Position numbers and translations under genes: made by a program. This document shows positions 18,323 to 27,955 of a stretch of 64,000 bases of DNA, one piece after another. Each line of letters begins with the position of its first letter. The stretch's first letter is position 1. Under the pieces are notes generated by a model. It worked only from the letters and a program-made list of their open reading frames with translations, was not told the DNA's origin and ran no database searches. The DNA is taken from IMG/VR virus record IMGVR_UViG_3300044627_003959. One strand, given 5' to 3'. The stretch comes from an uncultured virus (IMG/VR IMGVR_UViG_3300044627_003959) (Duplodnaviria; Heunggongvirae; Uroviricota; Caudoviricetes).

Positions 18323-19078
18323 ATGTCAGAACAAATAACGAATCCATTGTTGAAATTCAACTTTGGCGGTAACGCAAAACTATCCAAAGAGATAGTCACT
18401 TTTTCCCTACCTTCCGGCTACTCATGCCCGGGAGCAAAGGATTGTTTAGCAAAAGCACATAGGGATACAGGTAAGATTACAGATGGTAAAGATCAAAAAT
18501 TTAGATGTTTTTCCGCTATAAGCGAAACACGTCCTGCTGTCCGTTTACAACGGTGGCATAATTATGTATTGCTTAGAGATGCGAAAACAAAGGAAGCAAT
18601 GGAGAAACTCATTATTGATTCCTTTCCGCGCGGAGCAAAAATATTACGACTTCATGTAGGTGGCGACTTTTTTAGTCAAGCCTACTTTGATGCCTGGGCT
18701 AGTGTCGCTAGCCGTTTTTATAATTGTATTATTTACGCTTATACAAAGAGTGTTCATTATGTGAAAGCGCATAAAACTAAGCTGCCTGATAATTTCAGAA
18801 TTACTTTAAGTAAAGGGGGTAAGTATGATCATTTGATTACCGACTCTGATTTTGAAGATTCTGACGAGGGAGTTCAATATGGTATAGCTGAAGTTTTAGG
18901 GCATCCTGAGGAGGCAGAAGAGAAAGAATTGGAAGTTGACCATGACGATTCTCATGCTATAGCAGGTAAGAAACATTTTGCTTTACTCTTACATAGTATG
19001 CAGCCTGCTGGTTCCCAAGCCGCAGAAAAAGTTAAACGTATGCGTAAAGAGGGTGTTAAATTTTCATACCCAAGTTGA
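18323..19078 (+). CDS. Gp88-like protein (radical-SAM-related phage family)
   Basis: GNAKL, FSLPSGYSCPGAKDC, RCF, RLHVGGDFFS, YAYTKS. Confidence 0.75.
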   Translation: MSEQITNPLLKFNFGGNAKLSKEIVTFSLPSGYSCPGAKDCLAKAHRDTGKITDGKDQKFRCFSAISETRPAVRLQRWHNYVLLRDAKTKEAMEKLIIDSFPRGAKILRLHVGGDFFSQAYFDAWASVASRFYNCIIYAYTKSVHYVKAHKTKLPDNFRITLSKGGKYDHLITDSDFEDSDEGVQYGIAEVLGHPEEAEEKELEVDHDDSHAIAGKKHFALLLHSMQPAGSQAAEKVKRMRKEGVKFSYPS

Positions 19079-19084
19079 TATATT

Positions 19085-19486
19085 ATGGCCAGACCTAAAA
19101 AAAGTAAATTACCTGAAACTGTTACACCTGAAGTTGAATCTTTAGAAAAACATATTTCAGCTTCTGTTATTAATCCGCCTGAAGTTGTCGCAGAGGTTCC
19201 ACCTCCTGTTGCACCTTCACCGGTAGAATCTAAACCTAATTTTTTAGATACTATTCAGCCTGAGGCTGATAGGAGTGAAATGAGTAGGTACTTTTGTGTT
19301 ATAAATAATAGTGAGCAGGCAAGTCGTATTATGCAGGCAATCTCGCACCAGAGAGATCTGGAAATGTGGGGCTTACATCAGTACGATAACAATCGCAGTC
19401 GTAATTCTTATTCTAAGAGTTTTTACTTTAAGAGCAGGGAGAACGCCGTAATTGCACTTGAACACGCTAATAAACTTATGGCTTAG
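19085..19486 (+). CDS. Hypothetical protein with Pro-rich N-terminus
   Basis: ORF track. Confidence 0.7.
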   Translation: MARPKKSKLPETVTPEVESLEKHISASVINPPEVVAEVPPPVAPSPVESKPNFLDTIQPEADRSEMSRYFCVINNSEQASRIMQAISHQRDLEMWGLHQYDNNRSRNSYSKSFYFKSRENAVIALEHANKLMA

Positions 19487-19520
19487 CAGCCCTTAAGTTT
19501 CTGTCAGATTAATTGCTTCG

Positions 19521-19559
19521 GCAGCGCCGCTTTCCCCAGGGAGCGGCGCTGCTTTTTTT
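19521..19559 (+). terminator. Intrinsic terminator
   Basis: GCAGCGCCGCT...AGCGGCGCTGC + T7. Confidence 0.85.
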
Positions 19560-19593
19560 AACAACATAAATTCTGGGGTACACGAAAACTGAT

Positions 19594-20577
19594 ATGAAAA
19601 CAAATAAGCCGTTTAATCAAATCGAGAACACCGTCCTTGGAGGTCTTACCTTCAAACAGGAGAAAGCCATCAGGCCACCGGACATCACTCTTGTATTGCG
19701 GGGGCATCTGGACTCAAAGTCCGAAGCCACTTCCTACAAAGTGGCGGAGGTCCTGGTCATCTGGGATCCTGTATCCCAGGCTGTGCTTCGCATTCTCGGC
19801 GCGCACATACCAACGTGCAAGCTGAAGGATGGCAGCGTAAAGGTGGGTCTCGGGTTCTACCCGGACCACAGGACGTTGGGTGCTGCCATTCAGCACATCA
19901 GCACTCGGAATCTGCCAACGGGGGAGTGGGACAGCCCCACTGGCGTCAAGCTGCGGGAAAATCAACTCCCACAGTACGCACCGCAAGCGCACTACGCCGT
20001 ACTGCGCTTGTTCCGCGCAGACCAAGCTGTGCGCTTCCGGTTTCAGCTCATAGGCTTTTCCTTCGCGAACCTGTGGATGCAAAAGGACAAGCACTCCGGC
20101 ATGACGTTGCCGCAGATCAATCGATCAACAATGCGGGTCCTGGCCTCTTTTGGCGAGAGAGGTCCTAAGTTTTCGCTTTTCAACAAGCGGAACGACAGAC
20201 CTGACATCGTTGGCGGCAACCTGGACCAGGTTAAAAAGATCATAGAGGCGTTGGGCCTCTATGGCGGAGTGGACCTGGCTTGGGCTTTGAGCGTGTCCGC
20301 AAAGCTGCGGGACACGACGGGTAAGACCGTTGTGGAGGCGGAGGAGGAGATGGATATGAGTGTTGAGCCACTCATTGAAACTATCTCCAGCGCGCGTGAC
20401 GTCGAGGACGCGGGTCCTACCAATCACGCCGCTGCACATGAGGAAGAAATGGATATGAGTGTTGAGCCGCTCATTGAAACCATTACCGAATCCGCACTGG
20501 AGCATGACGCCGAGGACGCAGGTCCCGTCAATCATGAGGCCGTGCAGGAGGAAGAAGAAGAGGCGTTAATCGCCTAA
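19594..20577 (+). CDS. GC-rich orphan with duplicated acidic C-terminal repeat
   Basis: Two copies of EEEMDMSVEPLIETI...EDAGPxNHxA; flanked by terminators. Confidence 0.8.
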   Translation: MKTNKPFNQIENTVLGGLTFKQEKAIRPPDITLVLRGHLDSKSEATSYKVAEVLVIWDPVSQAVLRILGAHIPTCKLKDGSVKVGLGFYPDHRTLGAAIQHISTRNLPTGEWDSPTGVKLRENQLPQYAPQAHYAVLRLFRADQAVRFRFQLIGFSFANLWMQKDKHSGMTLPQINRSTMRVLASFGERGPKFSLFNKRNDRPDIVGGNLDQVKKIIEALGLYGGVDLAWALSVSAKLRDTTGKTVVEAEEEMDMSVEPLIETISSARDVEDAGPTNHAAAHEEEMDMSVEPLIETITESALEHDAEDAGPVNHEAVQEEEEEALIA

Positions 20578-20580
20578 GTA

Positions 20581-20618
20581 AAAAGTCACCTGGGTTTATA
20601 CCCCGGGTGACTTTTTTT
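20581..20618 (+). terminator. Intrinsic (possibly bidirectional) terminator
   Basis: AAAAGTCACCTGGG...CCCGGGTGAC + T7. Confidence 0.85.
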
Positions 20619-20670
20619 AGCTATTCATTGCTTGAAAACCTGTTATATTCTGGAATATATTATCTGTACT

Positions 20671-21840
20671 ATGTTCACTGTAGAAAAAATTTTGATGGTC
20701 AAGAGTGCCAATGAAACTGAGACTTCTATTAATATGGAGGCTAGGAGAGAGTGTGAAGATATCATGAAAAAGATTTATGATGAAGAGCCCTCCTACTGGC
20801 CTTATGGGCTGAGCATAGCAGCTCATGACGGAGGAGTGTTTATGATTCGCGAAGCGAGCACCAAAAAGCCTATAGGGTTTACAGGGTGGCAGGAGCGTAT
20901 GGATGGTGATGCCAAAGTAGGCTTTTATTCGATAGGTATTCTCCCGGAGTACAGGAATAATGGTTACGCTAAGCAGGCAATAGCGAAGTTAATTTCTATT
21001 AAGGCTGCGAATGTAGATCGTGTAAAAGCTTTGGTTATGAAGCATAATACACCTTCATTAGCTTTAGCTGAATCATTACATATTCCTGTAGTAAAAGCAG
21101 GCAGTACCAAAAAGGCTTCTAATATTAAAACTTTATTAAAAATGGTAGGAGGCGGAGGATTACCTGCTGCAGTTGGTATGGACGCTTTAACTTACGGAAG
21201 AGACAAATCTTTTGAGGAATATACGAATACCCCTATTACAACTAATCGCGTGATACAGGCGTTGGCTAACACAGCATTCGGGTCTTTAATGTTGAAGCCG
21301 GGTCTAGGTATTCCGGAACGTATTGCGGTAGCCGCTGGTATACCGGCAAAAGATGTGGCAATAGCTGCGATTCCCGCTGTACCGTCATTGACTGAAAGCA
21401 TTAAAGATATAGCTGGGAAGGACAGCATGAGTATGGCTGATTTAATAAAAGGCATCAGTCCTACGCAAAAAGCTTTAGGCGCAGGTATAGGAACCGCAGG
21501 TCTTCTAGGTGGCGGTTATTTAGCTTATAAAGGAATTAAAGCTCTTAAAGATTTAGCGTCTGCGCAGCAGCAAGCTAATAGGGGCAAGATACGTGTAGCC
21601 TTACCCACCAAAGATCCCGGGGATCAGGAAACTACTATTGAATTACCTATCGAAGATCTTGAGGTGTCTAGAGCGCAATTTGAAAAGCTGCAGCGCGATC
21701 TTCGTAGAAGAATTAGAAGAGAAACAAAAGAAAGAACTGTTCAGCGTACGCTTGGGGGCTTAATGGAACCTAAAGCAGCAGGCGTTAAAAAGGCTGACTT
21801 AAGTAATATAAATAATTTATTAAATATTCTGTATGCGTAA
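20671..21840 (+). CDS. GNAT (RimJ/RimL-like) acetyltransferase fused to a Gly-rich hydrophobic region; probable virion head protein
   Basis: IGILPEYRNNGYAKQAI acetyl-CoA motif, NTPSLALAESL; KSA/KKA motifs bracket the domain; ATG at 20671. Confidence 0.75.
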   Translation: MFTVEKILMVKSANETETSINMEARRECEDIMKKIYDEEPSYWPYGLSIAAHDGGVFMIREASTKKPIGFTGWQERMDGDAKVGFYSIGILPEYRNNGYAKQAIAKLISIKAANVDRVKALVMKHNTPSLALAESLHIPVVKAGSTKKASNIKTLLKMVGGGGLPAAVGMDALTYGRDKSFEEYTNTPITTNRVIQALANTAFGSLMLKPGLGIPERIAVAAGIPAKDVAIAAIPAVPSLTESIKDIAGKDSMSMADLIKGISPTQKALGAGIGTAGLLGGGYLAYKGIKALKDLASAQQQANRGKIRVALPTKDPGDQETTIELPIEDLEVSRAQFEKLQRDLRRRIRRETKERTVQRTLGGLMEPKAAGVKKADLSNINNLLNILYA

Positions 21841-23683
21841 TTCCACTTTTAAGTTATTGAAAGATTTAAAGAAATCAGCATCCGCTATGGGTGCTGGCTC
21901 TTTCATGCCTGTGCAGCCTTTACCTAATTCTGTAAAGGCGAAGCAAATTGAACAGCAAGAACTGGAAGCACAGCAAGCCGAAGCAGGCGCGGGCGCAGGT
22001 AATGAGCAAATGCAGCAAATGCAAAAAGCACAGGAGGACGCTGTAAAACAATTACAACAGACACAGGAGCAGTTGGTCCAGACTCAGGGCGAGCTTCAAA
22101 ATATACAGGCGCAGACGCAGCAGCAGATGCAGCAGATGCAGATGGATGCACAGCAGCAAGTCAATAAAGCGCAGATGGATGCTGAGTATAAAATGCAGGA
22201 GGAGAAGATTAAGAACCAACAGAAGCTGCTTAGTGTACAAGAGAAGTATACTAGGGCTTTAGGTAAGAACCCTCCGAATCAGTCTCCCATTCTTATTAAT
22301 CAGTTGAAAAGATTAAACAAGAAAATTAATAACTTAAAGATTGCTAGCTCCGTTCCTCCACCTCCACAGCCTAAGCCTGTAAGCGCGCCTTCTGAAGAAG
22401 CGCCTAAACCAGTTAATACAGGCATCACCATGCCTAGTCAGAATTCAGCCATACAGGCGCGTGAAGGACAAAAAAAGTTTGAAGGTATGCCTCACACTGG
22501 CGTAGTTCCTGCCCAGCGAACGCAGCAACAGTGGGACGAGATATCCAAATGGAAGAGGAATAGAGTTCTTAGTGATCCAAAAAATAAGGAGATCGAAAAT
22601 AAAGTTATGTCCGCGCCCACCGGAGTGCCTAGCTACGCTTCCGGAGTGAAGGAGGAGATATCTAGCTACTGGCAAGATCCTAAAAAATACATGGCGCATA
22701 ATAATCCTTTCGGCAAAGGATTAGGCGGCTCTGTTGCTAACTTTTTAGGCGACTTCACAACTGACATCAATAGCGGGTTTTCCAACTTAGCTAAAGGCAA
22801 TCTAGCGCAGGGAGTTGGAGACTTGGTTGGTGGCTACGCAGGTGGCGCGCTTACCCTCGGCACTGGAGGCACCCTACCTACGATCGGCAAAGGTTTAGCT
22901 TGGGGCGCAGGAAAAATGGGCCTAAAAGGCTTAGCTTCTAGCGGTGCTAAAAGTGTTGGAAAAACCGGCTTAAAGGGTTTTCTGCCGAGCGTAGCTAAAA
23001 ATGTTGGGCTACTTGGCTTGACTCAGCTTTCTACTGCATATGACCCGCAAAGCGATGAGGAGCAGGCTACGGAAAACGAAGAATGGAATAATTCTTGGAA
23101 TAACGAAGGCTCCCCAGGGATGGGAGGCACGCCGCTGGCAAGTGGGCAGCAAGCTCCTGGAGATTTTTCTGCGCAACAACAGCAGCAATCACCTTATACT
23201 TCAATGACCCCTTCTCAAAGATTTAGCGCTATGAATCAGCAGGCACTAAATAGTATGTACGCTAACAGCCCTAATATGTATAAGGTAGCTGGAGACTACT
23301 ACAAAGAGGTTACGGAAGGCTTAGCGCCGGAAGACGCCAAGGCCACGATAGATTTTATGAAAAATCAAAAAGAGAAAGGCTTGTATAGCCCCTTGCCTAT
23401 TCTCCAGCGCACATCTTATTTAAAACCGCAAGAGTTTAAAAATGATATCTTTAATCCGTCCGGGCAGCAAGGGTACGGACCAGTAGGTGACTTTATAAAG
23501 AAGTTGATTTTCTCATTCGTTCCCGGCCTTTCTCCACAACCTGACTGGCAGCGTGTTCACGGAAACTTATCAAATAACCAAGCGCATAGAATTGGCGGAC
23601 GTCCTACCGTAGGGGCGCAAATGCCCGCATCAGTAGTTAACAATATGCAGACGCCCAGTTATTTGACCTCTGATTTCAATTAA
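21833..23683 (+). CDS. Gln-rich/Gly-rich probable internal virion protein
   Basis: Q-rich coiled coil, Gly-rich hydrophobic block, KSAS/KIAS/KVAG motifs at domain boundaries. Confidence 0.6.
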   Translation: MRNSTFKLLKDLKKSASAMGAGSFMPVQPLPNSVKAKQIEQQELEAQQAEAGAGAGNEQMQQMQKAQEDAVKQLQQTQEQLVQTQGELQNIQAQTQQQMQQMQMDAQQQVNKAQMDAEYKMQEEKIKNQQKLLSVQEKYTRALGKNPPNQSPILINQLKRLNKKINNLKIASSVPPPPQPKPVSAPSEEAPKPVNTGITMPSQNSAIQAREGQKKFEGMPHTGVVPAQRTQQQWDEISKWKRNRVLSDPKNKEIENKVMSAPTGVPSYASGVKEEISSYWQDPKKYMAHNNPFGKGLGGSVANFLGDFTTDINSGFSNLAKGNLAQGVGDLVGGYAGGALTLGTGGTLPTIGKGLAWGAGKMGLKGLASSGAKSVGKTGLKGFLPSVAKNVGLLGLTQLSTAYDPQSDEEQATENEEWNNSWNNEGSPGMGGTPLASGQQAPGDFSAQQQQQSPYTSMTPSQRFSAMNQQALNSMYANSPNMYKVAGDYYKEVTEGLAPEDAKATIDFMKNQKEKGLYSPLPILQRTSYLKPQEFKNDIFNPSGQQGYGPVGDFIKKLIFSFVPGLSPQPDWQRVHGNLSNNQAHRIGGRPTVGAQMPASVVNNMQTPSYLTSDFN

Positions 23684-23689
23684 AACTTT

Positions 23690-25618
23690 ATGATTCAGCA
23701 AGCCCCAAAAAAAATTTTTGCACTGAGAGATAATAAGATTCAGGAGCTGGATGACCAGGATGCGGATGTAGAGTTAATATCTCCAAACAACTTTTTCAGT
23801 ACGCATATTAACCTTATTCCTATGCACTCAGCGGTGCAGGGACCTCGACTGTTTTACGGTGCGCGCTTCTACAATCAAGCCATGCCTTTGGTCCATCCTG
23901 ATTCGCCTCTTGTGCAGAATCTTGATATGGAAGACAAGGAGGGTAGGTCGTTCGATGAAAAGCTCGGGCGTATAGCCGGAACCGTGACCGCTGATGACGA
24001 CGGCGAAGTAATCGATCTATCTCCTGACTTTGTAAAAGTTAAAAAAGCAGATGGATCAGAAAAAGTTTTTGATCTTTATAACAATTTTCCTTTCAATAGA
24101 AAGTCAGCTATTACGCACACACCTTTAATTAAAAAAGGTGATGTAGTAACACGTGGGCAAATTTTGGCTAAAAGCAACTACACGAGCGACACTGGCGCTT
24201 TAGCTTTAGGCGCAAATGCAAAAGTAGGGTTAGTTCCTTTCAAGGGGTACAGTATGGATGACGCTATTGTGGTTAGTAATAGCTTTGCCAAAAGACTTAC
24301 CAGCGACCATTCTTATACAGTCGAACAGGATTATGACAATGATATCAAGGGAGGTCTTAATCATTTTGTATCTTTATTTCCTACTCAGTTTAAGAAAGAG
24401 CAACTAAAGCAGTTCGATGCTAACGGCGTGGTAAAGCCAGGCACAGTGGTTAGGCAGGGGGACCCGTTAATTCTCGCCACACGGCCTAGAGTTTTTTCCT
24501 CGACTACCGCTCAACTTGGAAAGCTATCCAAGGCCATGAGGCAGAGCAGACACGATAGCTCACAGTTATGGGACTCTGAGTTTGATGGTGTAGTAACTGA
24601 TGTAGCAAAAACAAAAACCGGCTATAAGGTTATTGTCAAATCAGAAGCCCCGGCCCAGATGGGGGATAAAATAGTTTTTCGTTCCGGGCAGAAGGGAGTT
24701 ATTGCTAACATTTTATCTGACGATCAAATGCCGCGCACTAAGGCTGGCGAGGCCCTGGAGGTTCTGCTGAATCCTCTGGGGATTCCGTCCCGCGTGAATA
24801 ACGGAATTATATACGAATTATTATTGGGTAAGGCGGCAGCTAAATTAGGCAAGCCAATTAAAGTTCCTAGCTTTAATAAAAAAGGTGAAAAGTGGTATGA
24901 CTTTGTAGCCAAGACGCTTCAGGATGCTGGGTTGGCTGAGACGGAGGAGGTCTTTGACCCTATGTCTAACAGATTGCTTGAAAATCCTATAACTGTTGGT
25001 GTAGGTCATGTTTTGAAATTACATCACACTTCGGCTTCAAAAGCATCCGCGCGCGGGCAGGGCGGTTATGATTTAGATCAACAACCATTGAAAGGCGGCA
25101 GCGAGGCAGCTCAAGCTAAAAGACTGTCTGGTTTAGAAATTCACAGTTTACTATCCGCTGGTGCGTACAAAACTCTTAAGGAGGGCTCAACACTAAGAGG
25201 ACAGAAGAATGACGAGTACTGGCGCGCATTACGTCAGGGGTATAAGCCTAAACCTCCAGGCACACCTTTTGTTTGGGAGAAATTCCAGACACTGCTTACT
25301 GGCGCAGGCTTGCACGCTAGAAAAATAAATGGAGGTAAATTACGCCTTGGTCCTTTCACAGATGACGAGCTCAATAAACGTAATCCGATGGAAATTAAAT
25401 CAGGCGATCTTGTGGACATGAACACCATGGACCCCATTCCCGGCGGGCTATTTGATCAATCCATTGTAGGTAACAACAGGTGGGGTAAAATCTCGATTCC
25501 TTTTTCCGTTCCTAATCCTGCGTTTGAATCTTCAATACGTCACCTTTTGGGTTTGACCGAAAAGGATCTTAGAAAGATATTGTCCGGAGAAATGGAACTT
25601 CCTCCACATTTAAGATAA
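23690..25618 (+). CDS. Phage RNA polymerase: beta C-terminal half fused to the beta' N-terminal segment
   Basis: NLIP..H..GPRLFYGA, GYSMDDAIVVS, GDKIVFRSGQKGVI, LLNPLGIPSRVN, LKLHH, QQPLKG; then GGLFDQSIVG-NNRWGKISIP matching the beta' start. Confidence 0.93.
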   Translation: MIQQAPKKIFALRDNKIQELDDQDADVELISPNNFFSTHINLIPMHSAVQGPRLFYGARFYNQAMPLVHPDSPLVQNLDMEDKEGRSFDEKLGRIAGTVTADDDGEVIDLSPDFVKVKKADGSEKVFDLYNNFPFNRKSAITHTPLIKKGDVVTRGQILAKSNYTSDTGALALGANAKVGLVPFKGYSMDDAIVVSNSFAKRLTSDHSYTVEQDYDNDIKGGLNHFVSLFPTQFKKEQLKQFDANGVVKPGTVVRQGDPLILATRPRVFSSTTAQLGKLSKAMRQSRHDSSQLWDSEFDGVVTDVAKTKTGYKVIVKSEAPAQMGDKIVFRSGQKGVIANILSDDQMPRTKAGEALEVLLNPLGIPSRVNNGIIYELLLGKAAAKLGKPIKVPSFNKKGEKWYDFVAKTLQDAGLAETEEVFDPMSNRLLENPITVGVGHVLKLHHTSASKASARGQGGYDLDQQPLKGGSEAAQAKRLSGLEIHSLLSAGAYKTLKEGSTLRGQKNDEYWRALRQGYKPKPPGTPFVWEKFQTLLTGAGLHARKINGGKLRLGPFTDDELNKRNPMEIKSGDLVDMNTMDPIPGGLFDQSIVGNNRWGKISIPFSVPNPAFESSIRHLLGLTEKDLRKILSGEMELPPHLR

Positions 25619-25623
25619 TATCT

Positions 25624-26919
25624 ATGCCTATCAATATATTACAACCTATCTTAAATAGATTAAAAACTAGCGCGCCTGATTTTTATAACTTTCATGGCGA
25701 AGGCAAGGGTATTAAAAACTTAGGAGAAATGTTTCTTCCCTTGAGTGAAATACCGTACTTCGCAGGTAAGGGGCTTGTATCTCAATTTAAAGGTGCGGAA
25801 GGTAAAAAAAATTTATTACAAGGTTTAACAATTGGGGGCGGATTGTCAGGCGCGTCTCTAGGCTTAGATTATTTAGGTAATGATAAGTTAGATAATAAAG
25901 GACTCTCAGCCGCCTTAGGCGTATTAGGCACTGCAGCTCCGGCAGTTATTAGAGGGGGTAGCTCTGGGTTTTCGAATGCTAGAGATTTTTTTAATATAAT
26001 AAAGAATACTAGCCACAAAGGGTTAAAAACTTTTTCTGAAGAGGATTCCAAGAATAAGATAAAAATATTAAAAAAAATTATAGATGATCCTGCTGGTATT
26101 TTAAATAACCCTGTAGCTGGCGTTAAAAATATACTCTTTAATAAAGATAATAGATCTGATTTGCTGAGCTTATTTAAGCCGAGTAAAGGCGTTAACATAG
26201 GCATGTTAACAAATAGGTACGGTGGTATGTCGGATGTGATGCCAGCTATTAGAGAGTTAAACCAACGTTTCGGTAAAACCGAATTTGGAACCGGGCATAT
26301 TATTAATCCTAATATAGCCGCCATGGTAGAAAGCGGCACTTTAGCCAAACTTATAAAAAGACTTGGGTATGAAAGGCTTCACGGTACTGCTGCTGGTTCT
26401 ACAAAAACAGTAGGTAAAGATCTACAAAAAATATTAAATGAAAGATTAGAAAAATTTACGTTTCCTAACGAGCTCCCTAAAAATATGGAGCCAGAAACTT
26501 TATCTGCTAGAGAAATTAAAAAATTTTTACCTAACTCAGAGAATATTTTTCCTTTTTCTTTTGCGCCGGAGCCTGGCTTAAAAATTAGAATGCCTATAGG
26601 TAGGCGTGCCAGATCAAATAAAGACTTTATGTTTGCCGATTCTGAGGAGTTGGTACCTGCGCTGAATTGGCGCAAATTCAGTCCTGCACAAAAAAAATGG
26701 TTTAAATCGCAAAATATAAACACAGCCAAAGATTATGGAACATTAGTAGACGCGGCTAAACGTATGCAGTTTGAGGCGTTAGATGCAGCCGAAGATCCGA
26801 TTGCGTTTTTAAACCAAAAGTATACAAAGCAAAGATTAGAAAATATATTTAAAAACCGTAAAAACACCGCTTTTGACTTTAATTTAAAATCAGTAGCTCC
26901 CGGAATTGCTACGCCCTAA
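25624..26919 (+). CDS. AT-rich, Lys-rich hypothetical protein with Gly-rich hydrophobic segment
   Basis: ORF track; GLTIGGGLSGASLG and AALGVLGTAAP. Confidence 0.7.
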   Translation: MPINILQPILNRLKTSAPDFYNFHGEGKGIKNLGEMFLPLSEIPYFAGKGLVSQFKGAEGKKNLLQGLTIGGGLSGASLGLDYLGNDKLDNKGLSAALGVLGTAAPAVIRGGSSGFSNARDFFNIIKNTSHKGLKTFSEEDSKNKIKILKKIIDDPAGILNNPVAGVKNILFNKDNRSDLLSLFKPSKGVNIGMLTNRYGGMSDVMPAIRELNQRFGKTEFGTGHIINPNIAAMVESGTLAKLIKRLGYERLHGTAAGSTKTVGKDLQKILNERLEKFTFPNELPKNMEPETLSAREIKKFLPNSENIFPFSFAPEPGLKIRMPIGRRARSNKDFMFADSEELVPALNWRKFSPAQKKWFKSQNINTAKDYGTLVDAAKRMQFEALDAAEDPIAFLNQKYTKQRLENIFKNRKNTAFDFNLKSVAPGIATP

Positions 26920-26924
26920 ACTTC

Positions 26925-26943
26925 TGTGTTATATATAAAAGAT
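26925..26943 (+). promoter_or_regulatory. TGTGTTATATA-class promoter motif
   Basis: TGTGTTATATATAAAAGAT, identical over 19 nt to 27412-27430. Confidence 0.7.
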
Positions 26944-26969
26944 ACACTAACCTTCTATCTTTTATAACT

Positions 26970-27398
26970 ATGGAAAAAAACCAGACGGAAAGCATATTGC
27001 ATAATACGCCAAATTTAACAGTAGCGAATATTGAGTTCGATTCTATTAATTGGCAGGTAAATATATCGGAAATTGATGATGACTATATCAATCTAGATCT
27101 TATTCCTCTACTTAAGTATAATTTAAGTGAAAACAAAGAATTGTATAAGCAGGCGATAAATAATGGAGCTAAATTAATTTTTAGCTTAAATAAAGAAATA
27201 GAAAAAATAATTAATTTTGATTTGTGTTTAGAATTAAAAAAATATAAGGAAACATTACTCTGTGGTAAGTCGGTGTGTCATTACCGGGTTATTGATGGTG
27301 GCGATAATTTTATTTTTACTAAGGATGAAATATTCCCTAGTTTTATAGGAACTCTCCCAAGTTTAATGTATATTTTTATAAAGGCTAATAGGAAGTAA
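26970..27398 (+). CDS. Hypothetical protein (very AT-rich)
   Basis: ORF track. Confidence 0.65.
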   Translation: MEKNQTESILHNTPNLTVANIEFDSINWQVNISEIDDDYINLDLIPLLKYNLSENKELYKQAINNGAKLIFSLNKEIEKIINFDLCLELKKYKETLLCGKSVCHYRVIDGGDNFIFTKDEIFPSFIGTLPSLMYIFIKANRK

Positions 27399-27411
27399 CG
27401 CGAGTTGTTTT

Positions 27412-27430
27412 TGTGTTATATATAAAAGAT
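27412..27430 (+). promoter_or_regulatory. TGTGTTATATA-class promoter motif
   Basis: TGTGTTATATATAAAAGAT. Confidence 0.7.
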
Positions 27431-27469
27431 GGGACACACGTCGCATTAAACAACAAACACAAACACATC

Positions 27470-27937
27470 ATGAATATACTAAAAAGTCTCGGACTTAAAA
27501 TAAAGTCCGCCATCGGCGTCTCAGAGGTGATTAAAAATCTCATAAACTTTAACTTGTCCAAAAAAGCTTGGACGCACGTTATCTTTATGCGATGGAACAA
27601 AGAATTCAAGCAGTGGTGCTTCGATATTCCTATCGTAGGAATAGAAGACGAGCCATTCGTGGCGGGAATTCCAGAGATCATTGATTACCACTTAAGCAGT
27701 GGTAACAAGCTCAAAGGCGCGAAAGAAAATGGCACCAGCGTGCTGTTCAGTGGTGACAAGAACAAACCGAAGAATTTCTCGGTTGGTCACTATTTCAAGT
27801 TGGTTAAGCTCCAGGAGGAAAATGGCGGCTGCTGGTACCGCGATCCAACTTCCAAAATGGACGGTTGGTTGTGCCCAAATCTGTTTCAGTTTTTCGCCAC
27901 AGCCCCAAAGCAGATTCATATCTGCATCAGGGGTTAA
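27470..27937 (+). CDS. DUF6717-like protein
   Basis: WCFD....G...EPFVAGIPEIID, WY, GWLCPNL..FF..AP..IHI; ATG at 27470 after a CA-rich leader. Confidence 0.7.
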   Translation: MNILKSLGLKIKSAIGVSEVIKNLINFNLSKKAWTHVIFMRWNKEFKQWCFDIPIVGIEDEPFVAGIPEIIDYHLSSGNKLKGAKENGTSVLFSGDKNKPKNFSVGHYFKLVKLQEENGGCWYRDPTSKMDGWLCPNLFQFFATAPKQIHICIRG

Positions 27938-27955
27938 TGCAATGAAACTGAAATT

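Noticed and set aside
19637..20535. Several overlapping alternative-frame and antisense ORFs
   Set aside because: Expected by-product of locally high GC within the 19594 gene; no independent signals
27413..27469. GTG/TTG upstream starts in the track (also 844, 20632, 49337) and the ATG at 9822
   Set aside because: Most coincide with promoter motifs; downstream ATGs with typical leaders fit better
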